Source: Candidatus Omnitrophota bacterium (GTDB lineage Bacteria; Ratteibacteria; UBA8468; MWAK01). Taken from it: DNA of 44,682 nucleotides. The notes beneath the pieces were generated by a model. That model was not told where the DNA came from, did no database searches, and worked only from the letters and a program-made list of their open reading frames with translations. This document shows, piece after piece, positions 26,777 through 35,600 of this stretch. The stretch is taken from assembly GCA_043826355.1 (NCBI GenBank), contig JBDRQI010000021.1, positions 1-44,682 on the forward strand. The letters are read 5' to 3'. Position 1 is the stretch's first letter. Each line of letters begins with the position of its first letter. Both the position numbers and the translations under genes were made by a program.

Positions 26777-27235
26777 CTATTCAAATTTAGCGCCGGATCG
26801 AATTCTCTCAACCAACTGATTAAAGACCTTGGCTAAACCGCTGTAAAAATCCTTTTCGCGCAGGATAATCGGCGCTTTAGGTAGTTTGCCGGAAACAGCC
26901 ATCTCCTGGACTGATTTTTCCAGGCGGTACAGCGGACCGGACACCCGGTGCAGGATACGAAAGTGCAGGATAGCTCCCAGGATGACTACCGGCAACCCGC
27001 CAAACAGAAACAAGGAACCCAGAATTTTCAGAGTTTTCTGCTGGATGACTAAAAGATATTCTGGATGCGTAAAATCCGGCAAAACTAAAAGGTTGTTCCA
27101 AAATGTAATATAAGTAACCAATCCGCTGATTAAAAACGCAATGATGATAAGCCAGGAGACAACCAGCGTATATTTTATTTCCACCACCGGGTTGACCATC
27201 CTCCAGAAAGACCTTTTAAACCGTTTTTCCGCCAT
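26777..27235 (-). CDS. Two-TM membrane protein with HAMP-like C-terminus
   Basis: Two hydrophobic helices; HRVSGPLYRLEK...LREKD...LA..FNQL; SD GGAGGT. Confidence 0.7.
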   Translation of the reverse strand: MAEKRFKRSFWRMVNPVVEIKYTLVVSWLIIIAFLISGLVTYITFWNNLLVLPDFTHPEYLLVIQQKTLKILGSLFLFGGLPVVILGAILHFRILHRVSGPLYRLEKSVQEMAVSGKLPKAPIILREKDFYSGLAKVFNQLVERIRSGAKFE

Positions 27236-27276
27236 AACCGCCTACCTCCACAGGGGTTGCCGCAAAATAATACAGA

Positions 27277-28023
27277 TTAAAAGTTAGGTCCGAATTGTCC
27301 GGTTACCCAGATTAAGTCCTTTGCAAACCCGGTGCCGCCGCCTTTTTTATCTAAACCATAACTGCCTATTATGTAACCGGTGCGATTTCCAAAAGTTAGC
27401 GGAGCGGTAACGCCTAAAAGTATGTACGCTGATTTATTGCTGCGTGCCCTGACGGACAGAACATTGTTGGCTAAAAGGGTAATCGGTTTTTCCGTGTGAA
27501 GAATATCTTTCTTAAATTCACTCTCCGTTATTATCTCGACACCGTTGAGAATAACCGAACAGGCGGTAAGGTCGAAATTATCCATAACAAGAGTTGCGGC
27601 TCCCGGTGAGGCGGTAAATGAAAAATCCTGGTACTTGGGAGGAGTGGAACGAAAACACTGTGTCGGGCCAAAAATTATTCCCTCCTCATAAATCAAATTG
27701 TAGAAGTAAGGCGTACCCCAGGGGTCAATCGGAGTCGTCTTCAGGTAAGGGCCGCGCCAGCCCCTTCCGTAGCCGGTTGGCGCCCCGGCATAAATAAGGG
27801 ACTCCAGGGTCTCGTTAACTGCCGGCGGGTAATAATTGGCGTCGGTTTTAATCACATCCAGAAGCATGACGTACTGGGAGATGCTGGCCTTGGCAACCAC
27901 CACCTTGGTTCTTTGTGATGCCTGCCGTATCAGGGTAAAACCGATCACGCCAAGCACCACCAGGATACATATCCCGATAAGCAGCTCCAGCAAAGTAAAC
28001 CCCGCCGTTCTATCTATTTTCAT
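27277..28023 (-). CDS. GspG-like type II secretion/type IV pseudopilin with an internal extra domain
   Basis: Prepilin cleavage site AG|FTLLE; GspG motifs YP....LESL, WRGPYL, DPWGTPY and SYGLD..GG.G..KDL. Confidence 0.8.
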   Translation of the reverse strand: MKIDRTAGFTLLELLIGICILVVLGVIGFTLIRQASQRTKVVVAKASISQYVMLLDVIKTDANYYPPAVNETLESLIYAGAPTGYGRGWRGPYLKTTPIDPWGTPYFYNLIYEEGIIFGPTQCFRSTPPKYQDFSFTASPGAATLVMDNFDLTACSVILNGVEIITESEFKKDILHTEKPITLLANNVLSVRARSNKSAYILLGVTAPLTFGNRTGYIIGSYGLDKKGGGTGFAKDLIWVTGQFGPNF

Positions 28024-28098
28024 TTTGGAACCAAAGATACTTTACCACTAAATTCTGAAAAAAACAAGCGGTTTTTGCAGAGACGCCGTTCACTGTGT

Positions 28099-28124
28099 CT
28101 CGCCGTAGCTTTAGCAAAGGCGGG
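28099..28124. repeat. Family-E palindromic element (free intergenic copy)
   Basis: CTCGCCGTAGCTTTAGCAAAGGCGGG; 19/23 nt identical to the in-frame copy in addA at 35802-35824. Confidence 0.65.
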
Positions 28125-28170
28125 TGGCGCCCGCGGGAAAGCTAAACCGAGCCCCTGCAGTTTGATTTAA

Positions 28171-29541
28171 TCAACCGTGAAGAAGACTGTCGGCAACCCG
28201 GTAAACCGGCCCGGCGCCGATGGTCAAAATGATGTCACCTTCCCTGACGCTTTCCTTTAAATAAGAAACCACATCCTGAAACAAGGGCAGAAAATACGCT
28301 CTCTTTCTCGCTGCGGCAAGTTTCTGCACCAGGTCTTTAGAAGAGACGCTGCGGCGGCTCTCCTCGCTGTCCCGTACAAAAAATATCTCCGGCACAATCA
28401 CTTCGTCCGCCAGAACAAAAGAGCGGGCAAAATCTTCCAGGAAAAAGCGGGTGCGGCTGTACTGATGGGGCTGAAAAACAGCAAAAATCTTTCCCTGCGG
28501 ATAGAGCTGGCGGACCGCGGAAAGGGTTGCCGCAATCTCGGATGGATGGTGGCCGTAATCATCCAGAACCACGGCACCCCGATATTTCCCTTTAAACTCA
28601 AGCCGGCGCCGCACACCGGTAAAAGAACCCAACCCGGCGGCTATCGTTTTTGGTTCCAAACCCAGGAGATGGCAGACCGCAAAAGCAGCGGTACTGTTCA
28701 AAACGTTGTGTTGACCCGGTATCCGTATGAAAACCGGCGCCAGGGACTCGCCCCCAAAAAAGACCGTAAAACGGGAACCATCTTTTTCAAGTTTAATTTC
28801 CTGCGCCTGATAATCCGCGTCCTTTAATCCGTAAGTAAAAAAGGTTTTATCCAGGCGGCTGGCTGCTTCCATCAGATTGCGGCTCTCCCGGCACAGCACC
28901 GCGAACCCGGCGTCCGGCAATAAGTTCAGGAATTTCAGGAAAGCCGACTCAATTTCGGCCAGGCCGCGGTAGTAGTCAAGGTGGTCCTCTTCAATGTTGG
29001 TAACCACGGCCACCTTCGGCCGCAGAGAGAGGAAATTCCGGCGGTATTCACATGCTTCCGCAACCAAAAATTTACCTTTGCCGGCACCGGAATTTCCACC
29101 CAGGAGCGGAACCTCTCCTCCGATGACAAAACCGGGTTCTTTCCCCGCCTGCCTCAAAATCCAGGCAATCAGCGCGCTGGTAGTCGTCTTGCCGTGGGTA
29201 CCGGCCACCGCAACTCCGAACCGCTGTTCCATCAGAGAACCGAGCGCTTCACTGTAGGTAATTACCGGGATTTTCTGCTGCTGCGCCGCTAAAATCTCCG
29301 GGTTGTCATCCGGCACCGCGGAAGAAGCAACCACCACCTCCGTTCCTTTCGGCAGGTTCTCCGGCCGATGACCTACGAAAGTCCGGGCGCCGAGCGCCTG
29401 CAACTCTTTCAGCAACAATCCTTCCTCCGCATCGGAACCGCTTACCTCTTTCCCGGCAGAAAGCAGAATCCGCGCCACGCCGCTGGTTCCAATGCCGCCA
29501 ATTCCCACAAAATGCACCCGCTGTAGTTTCTCGATTTCCAT
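28171..29541 (-). CDS. murC: UDP-N-acetylmuramate--L-alanine ligase
   Basis: HFVGIGGIG, VSGSD, AGTHGKTTT, EACEY, DHLD, DDYGHHPSEI, FQPH, GAG. Confidence 0.96.
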   Translation of the reverse strand: MEIEKLQRVHFVGIGGIGTSGVARILLSAGKEVSGSDAEEGLLLKELQALGARTFVGHRPENLPKGTEVVVASSAVPDDNPEILAAQQQKIPVITYSEALGSLMEQRFGVAVAGTHGKTTTSALIAWILRQAGKEPGFVIGGEVPLLGGNSGAGKGKFLVAEACEYRRNFLSLRPKVAVVTNIEEDHLDYYRGLAEIESAFLKFLNLLPDAGFAVLCRESRNLMEAASRLDKTFFTYGLKDADYQAQEIKLEKDGSRFTVFFGGESLAPVFIRIPGQHNVLNSTAAFAVCHLLGLEPKTIAAGLGSFTGVRRRLEFKGKYRGAVVLDDYGHHPSEIAATLSAVRQLYPQGKIFAVFQPHQYSRTRFFLEDFARSFVLADEVIVPEIFFVRDSEESRRSVSSKDLVQKLAAARKRAYFLPLFQDVVSYLKESVREGDIILTIGAGPVYRVADSLLHG

Positions 29542-29567
29542 ATTCTTTTGTTAATATTCTACCACAT

Positions 29568-29601
29568 CCCCTTTCCCGCACCCCCCGCCAGGGGGAAGGG
29601 A
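29568..29601. repeat. Family-B palindromic element, intergenic
   Basis: CCCCTTTCCCGCACCCCCCGCCAGGGGGAAGGGA has the same core as 36672 and 15258. Confidence 0.65.
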
Positions 29602-29604
29602 ACT

Positions 29605-32547
29605 CTAGCGGCAGATATCACCGAACCGGCAGTTGCGGCAGGAATCTTCGTCCGGGCCAAAGCCGACTGCCCCGTCGGTGATTTCGGACAAAATATATTG
29701 CAGGGCCTGGAGACACTTTTCCATTATCAGCTCTTTTTGCAGAAGGTACTCCTGGCCGGGAAACTCTACCAGAGAAACCTTTCTCAGGTAGTAAAGGGCG
29801 GCCGTAACACCGGTCGTTTTATATTTTTTTTCGATAAAATTGATGTAAAGAGGCAGTTGAAAAGAATTGACCGCTTCCCGGATGGATTCTCTGGTCAGTT
29901 CCATCAATTCTAATTTTTTTACAACCGGTACCTTCCGTTCTGCGCCGGTCTTGTAATCAATCACCAACAGTCTGCCGCCGGCCAGGTCGGCCAGACTTCG
30001 TCCAGACGAGCCCAGGCTTCGCCTCGGCAAGTCAGGCAGGCGGTCGATGCGGTCTATCTTGTAACCGAACTTAAAGACCCGGCCGGAAGATTCCACCTCG
30101 CCTTCCAGGCCCTGCTCCAGAGAAACAATCTCCCGGACCTTTCTATTTTCCCGTTCGTAATCAAGAAACTTTTCCAGACGCTGGCGGAGCAACTGCTGAA
30201 CCAGGAAATCTCCGGCTTTAATCGTCTTCCGGAAACCGGTCCGGAACCTTTCCGCCATCATATCCAGAAAAAAGATTCGGAATTTCTCGTCAATTACCGG
30301 TTCTTTGCCCAGAAACCCCTGATACGCTTCTTCCAGCAAAACGTGAATGAAAGTTCCGATCTCCTTGCTTTCCGGCTCCTCCAGGAGTTCTTCTTTTTCG
30401 CGAAGCCCGAGCACGTACCGATAGTAAAACATCAGCGGGCACTGCAGGTAGGTATCAACGCTGGAGGCAGAATACCGGAAGTCCCGGAGAAAATTTACCA
30501 TATCCGGATTTTTGCCGACCGTGCTTTTAACCGGCGCCGCCTGGACATTGAAAAACGCTTTACGCAACGATGGTTCCTCCAGGGATACGTCTTCCTGCTG
30601 TTTCTTCCAGTTAAGTTCTTCCAGGTAGCGGCTCTTCTCTTTTTTCAGGTTTCCGTCGTAAACCAGGTGAACGTTTCGGGCCGGGGCAAGCAAACTGTGA
30701 AACTGGTGGCGCTGAATCTCCTCCTCCAGACCGTACCTCTCCAGGCCGATATTCAACATAACGTCCCGGGGGATAAGCGGTTCGCTCAGGCGCAGGCGGG
30801 GCAGGATTGTTTCGTTGGCGTCAATTACGATTACCTCCTGAAAGGACAGGTTGCGGGTCTCAAACAGACCCAGAACCTGGAGTCCTTTCAGGGGCGAACC
30901 GGCAAAATTTATCATCTCATTGTTGAGTTTATCCTCAAATATACGGAATATTTCCGCGGCCGGGAATTTTTCATCCCGGAACGAAGCGGTCTCCATCTCT
31001 TTTTTGATAGCCAGGACCGCCTGGACGAACTCCAGGTTAAGCGGATACCGGGCCAGGAAGCTTTTTTGGAGCAGGAGGTCAACAAACTTTTCCAGAGTAA
31101 CGGAAAATACGCTGAAGGTGTTCAATTTCTTCTCCTCCCAATTCAGGAAAAGATAGCGGTGGAGTTCCCGCAGTATCTTCTTTAAACCACCGGCGTCAAT
31201 AATCAAACCCATCCGGCCCATAATTTCATTGGTTGATACGTAAATCTGTTCCAGGGCTTCTATTTCCCTGAGCCCGACGAAAAGACTACCGGCCAGCGGA
31301 TTGTCCGCGACGCCAAGCAGAAATTCTTCCAGGCGGTGAATCAGGACCCTGGTCACGGACGGTTCAGATTCCAGTTTCAGGTTTTTGATAAACGGATGGC
31401 TCAAAACCCTCAGGTAGTCCCTGGTATAATAACGGCTGCCGTGCCGCGTCTCCTGCGCCCGGAAGATGGCGCGGAAAAGGGAATGAATGGAACTGCGCTT
31501 CAGGGGATAGCCCATGGAAACATTAAATTCTCCGGCCGGAACGGTAATCTCCGAAAGGAGCGGAAGCAGACTGGCCGGTTCCGGGACCACAATCACCGTT
31601 TTCTCCCTTTTTTCCGGCGATATGGTTTCCAGGATTCCCCGCACCAGCCCTGCCTGGGAATGGGCGTCAAACCCGGCGTATAATTTAACGTTATGCCCGG
31701 GTTTTTTATCCGTTTCCGAAATAATCGGACAGGCAAAAGATTGGGCCGCTTTCCCCAGGACAGACCACTCCGACTGGTCTCCCTGGAAAATAATTATTGC
31801 TTTATTGGTGTCGTAAAGATATTTCATTACCTGTTCTTCGGTCCGGTTCAGATAAAAAAGGCCGGCAAAAACAACCCGGTCAAATTCGCCCGGGCCGACT
31901 TCGGAGATATAACGGACGGCCAGGCGGTAAATCAGACCGCGGGAATACCGCTTCTCCCCTTCCAACACCCGGTGATAGGAATCCCTTAAAGAAACGATGG
32001 CCTTCAGCTGAACGTTGATGCTCTCCGGGATGTCAAACCCGATCTCCGCGCTCTTCTCCACATTCTCCAAACTTTCCGGCGGAATATCTTCTACGTCAAG
32101 CTGTTCTATGAAAGCATAGATTTCTCTTGCCCAGGGCAGGAAACGGGAAAACTTGTCCGCGGGCGAGCCAACATCACCAGACGCCCCCCCCCTGGCGGGG
32201 ACGGGTGCCCTTTCCAAAGCTCTGGAAAGGGGGCGTACGAGGTGGGTGGGTACTCTTTTGTTCAAATTATAGATAAGGTAACAGGCCTCTGTTTCGGATA
32301 TCCGTTGAAAATTTTCCCGGCGCCGGACAACATACTCCATAAACTCATCTACGGTAAAGAAGGCCGGCGGGAAGAAAGCCCTCTGAAATCTCTGCGCCAA
32401 CTCTCTCTTCAGGTAGAGCGCCGGCCTCTTGCCGCCGAAAATAATTGCGGTGCGGCTAAAGTCCTTGGCCGACTCAATCTCCTCCAGAAAATCGGCCAGC
32501 CGCTTGATGAAATTTTCCGCTAAAGGGAAGGTTACGATTTTACCCAT
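29605..32547 (-). CDS. addB: AddB-like inactive helicase/PD-(D/E)XK nuclease subunit with Fe-S cysteines
   Basis: LQVLGLFETR, SASS..YLQCP, GTFIH..LE, IDRID...IDYKTG, QLPLY, C-terminal CRNCRFGDIC. Adjacent to addA. Confidence 0.82.
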   Translation of the reverse strand: MGKIVTFPLAENFIKRLADFLEEIESAKDFSRTAIIFGGKRPALYLKRELAQRFQRAFFPPAFFTVDEFMEYVVRRRENFQRISETEACYLIYNLNKRVPTHLVRPLSRALERAPVPARGGASGDVGSPADKFSRFLPWAREIYAFIEQLDVEDIPPESLENVEKSAEIGFDIPESINVQLKAIVSLRDSYHRVLEGEKRYSRGLIYRLAVRYISEVGPGEFDRVVFAGLFYLNRTEEQVMKYLYDTNKAIIIFQGDQSEWSVLGKAAQSFACPIISETDKKPGHNVKLYAGFDAHSQAGLVRGILETISPEKREKTVIVVPEPASLLPLLSEITVPAGEFNVSMGYPLKRSSIHSLFRAIFRAQETRHGSRYYTRDYLRVLSHPFIKNLKLESEPSVTRVLIHRLEEFLLGVADNPLAGSLFVGLREIEALEQIYVSTNEIMGRMGLIIDAGGLKKILRELHRYLFLNWEEKKLNTFSVFSVTLEKFVDLLLQKSFLARYPLNLEFVQAVLAIKKEMETASFRDEKFPAAEIFRIFEDKLNNEMINFAGSPLKGLQVLGLFETRNLSFQEVIVIDANETILPRLRLSEPLIPRDVMLNIGLERYGLEEEIQRHQFHSLLAPARNVHLVYDGNLKKEKSRYLEELNWKKQQEDVSLEEPSLRKAFFNVQAAPVKSTVGKNPDMVNFLRDFRYSASSVDTYLQCPLMFYYRYVLGLREKEELLEEPESKEIGTFIHVLLEEAYQGFLGKEPVIDEKFRIFFLDMMAERFRTGFRKTIKAGDFLVQQLLRQRLEKFLDYERENRKVREIVSLEQGLEGEVESSGRVFKFGYKIDRIDRLPDLPRRSLGSSGRSLADLAGGRLLVIDYKTGAERKVPVVKKLELMELTRESIREAVNSFQLPLYINFIEKKYKTTGVTAALYYLRKVSLVEFPGQEYLLQKELIMEKCLQALQYILSEITDGAVGFGPDEDSCRNCRFGDICR
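32184..32250 (-). repeat. Composite palindromic element (family B') inserted in frame in addB
   Basis: Reverse complement CCCACCTCGTACGCCCCCTTTCCAGAGCTTTGGAAAGGGCACCCGTCCCCGCCAGGGGGG is nearly identical to the copies at 36100 and 37084. Confidence 0.92.
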
Positions 32548-32562
32548 ATTCCTTTTTTGTCA

Positions 32563-32636
32563 TCATTCCCGCGGATATTAGGCGGGAATCTACACCGAAA
32601 ATGAATGGATTCCCGATTAAAACATTCGGGAATGAC
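32563..32636. repeat. Full family-D palindromic element between addA and addB
   Basis: TCATTCCCGC..GCGGGAATCTA-spacer-TGGATTCCCG..CGGGAATGAC: two hairpins in inverted arrangement. Confidence 0.75.
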
Positions 32637-32643
32637 ACCTTTC

Positions 32644-35600
32644 TTAAACTTCAACCATCTTCAAGCCATCCAGATATATCAGAATACCGGCAACCTCCTT
32701 ATCCGGATAAATTTCTTTAACAATATCAATATATTCCGCTAACTGTTTCCGGTGTTCCGGCATACCCTCCCCGGAACTCTTGTAGTCAAACACATCTATC
32801 CTGTTTGGTTTTACTATCAGCCGGTCAATACGCCGGACATTGCCCCGGCTGTCCACCACGTCCTTTTCCGCGAAAACAGATTCGCCTTCCAAGAGAAAGA
32901 AGAGCGGTTTAAACCGGGGGTCATCCAACAACCGCCGCACCTTCTTCTCCAGTTCAGTCAATTCCTTTGTTTCCAGCAAGTACTCCGATTGCACATCCTC
33001 TATGGCGGTCCGGATGACCGAATCAACATCCGCGCCGGTTAAATTCCCGATGCCGGACAATACCCGGTGCAGAACCTCGCCCCGCTCTATCTCCACCCGG
33101 TTCCGCAGTTGATGCTCGTCCACAAACTCATCCTTCAGCAAATTAATCCAGTCCGGGTATTCAGCCGGAGCGATAGCCGGATATGCCAAAGGCTTACTCG
33201 CCTCTGGCGAGAAAGTTTCAAAATCCGCCTTCCCGGGTTTAGCGATTAGCCTCTTCTCTCCTCTTTCCATTATCTCTGTTCCGGATATGAAGTGCCAGGC
33301 GGGATTTTTCCGGTTACCGACCCGGTCGGGTATGAATACATACAACTCTTCAGCCGCCCTGGTTAAAGCCACGTAAACACTGTCCAGTTCGTCAATCAAA
33401 CTCCGGCTGTATTCCTGCCGGTATCGTTCCCTGATTTCCGGAGAAAACCGGGCGTAGTCCTTGTTCAACTGCATTAAATCAAGTTTGTTATCCCGGGCCT
33501 GGTATACGCTGAAGGAACTGCTCCGAACCCGGCCCGCCCCCCAGCCGCCCCTCCGATTTACGTTAATATCAATACCCAGAAACGGAACGACAACCACCGG
33601 AAATTCCAGGCCCTTGGCTTTATGGATGGTCATCACCCGGACCGCATTGCCCGGGGTTGCGGCCACGTACATCTTTTCCGTTGGCGCCGCCTGAAAATAT
33701 TCCAGGAATTCGGCCAAACTGGACTGCTCTTCCTCCTGTTCCCTGATTATCTCCAGAAACCGCATGAAAAATCCCTGGCATCCGGGAAAGTTTCGGAGAA
33801 TGTCAAATTTCCGAATGATGCTCACCGTCAATTCGTAGGGCGGGTAAAACCCGACGCTGTTGAAAAATTCCTCAATTAAGTCATCCCAGACCGCCCGGAA
33901 TAAACTCCGGAATTCCGTGTAGAGATAACCGCCGCGCCTGCATTTTACGCCAGAGGCGTGTCCGCCTCCGGCGGAGAAGATAAAATCGTGCATTTGCTCC
34001 CGGCCCAGGCCGGAGGCATTCAGAAAGATATTGCCGGTCAGGAAAGAAGCGCAGGAAAGGTTGTCAACCGGCGAATTAAGAAATTTGAGAAAAGAAAAGA
34101 GTTCCTTGACCAGGGGGTTTTCTCTTACATTAAGGGTCTTCTCCGACTCCACCGGAAAACCGGCCTCCAAAAGCCAGCCGGTAATCAGCTCCACCCGGGC
34201 GTTATCCCGGGAGAGAATGGCGATATCGCCCGGCGCAAATCGCTCCAGAAGTCCGGCGGCCAACTCCTTAACCCTGGTCTTTATCGTCTCTTCGCTCTCC
34301 TGCGTTTCGCTTGCATCGCCCGCCATAGCAGGAACGCCCGATGGCAACGAAGCTGCCTGTTTATCGGGTGCCCGCATTGCGGAGGAGGACCCGACTTTTT
34401 CCACCCGGACATAACCTTTATCCTTATCCGGCAGATGTTCCTGCCGGGAGTCGGCAAAGACCGAAACAACCGCTTCCGGAGAATCAACCTCTTCCGCTTC
34501 CTTGCTCTCCGCCAGAAAACGCCTGACATTCTCCGGCGCAAAAATGCCGTTATTAAACTCCACAATCTCCTTGTGGCTCCGGTAATTTTTATTCAGCCGT
34601 TCGGAGAAGACCGGGCTGGCCGGGAACTCTTTTCCTTTTTCCAGGGAAGCAAGCAAAAAATCGTCCCCGCCCCTAAAACGATAGACCGCCTGCTTCCGGT
34701 CGCCGACGCAAAAGAGGGACCCGGCCCTGGAAAGCGCTTCTTCCAACAACAAATACAGGTTCTGCCACTGAAGTTGGCTGGTATCCTGGAATTCGTCAAT
34801 CAGGTAGTGGTTGAAACGGGTCGCCAAACGGTAATAGATTTCCGGTACGCTGACCGCCTTCCGGCCAATCAGGCCCTGGACGCAACTGTTCAGTTCCTCC
34901 AGGAAGATGACGTCGTCCTTCCCGGATAATTTGCGGAACTCTTTTTCCACCAGATAATAGATGTCAATATACCGGTTAAATACGGCTGAGGATTGAAGCC
35001 GGCACAATTGGTCCAGGTCCGCCTTGATTTCCTGCCAGAGTCCAACAATTTCCAATGGCGCGCTGAAACCTTTGTTAACCGGAAAATCATCCCGGCTGAA
35101 CCTGACCGGAACTTCTTTCACGCTGAAAAAACTGCCGCCTGATTCGCAAAACCGTTCCAGTGACTTTTTGAACGTTCCGTTGGTCCCTTCCGGCAAATTC
35201 CGGTATAATTTTTTGATATTTTCGGTTATCTTTTCCTGCAAGGGAAAGACATCCGTTATTTCCTTAGGGTACTTCCGGAAGACGCCGGCGTAAATGTTGT
35301 ATTGATGAAAGAGGGAACTGATGATGGAGAAGATGTCCCGCCTGGGCAGCCAGGACGGATTCTCCTCCAGGCGGATGTACTGCCGGAGAAACTCTTCCAG
35401 CAAATTTCGGGCGCGTTTATTTCCCTCGCTCGCCTTCTGCAGAACCTCGTCCAAACTGTAGGAAAGATAATCCCGCAGGTCTTCCCTGACTTGAAAATTG
35501 GCGGAAAGGTTTAATTTAAAAGCGCAGGCGGAAAGGATGGCGTTGATAAAACTGTCTATCGTCTGCACCTGGAAGAAGTTATAGTTGCGGATAAGATAAT

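Noticed and set aside
30343..34929. Long + strand ORFs (280 aa, 323 aa and others) opposite addA/addB
   Set aside because: Antisense shadows with no recognisable motifs.
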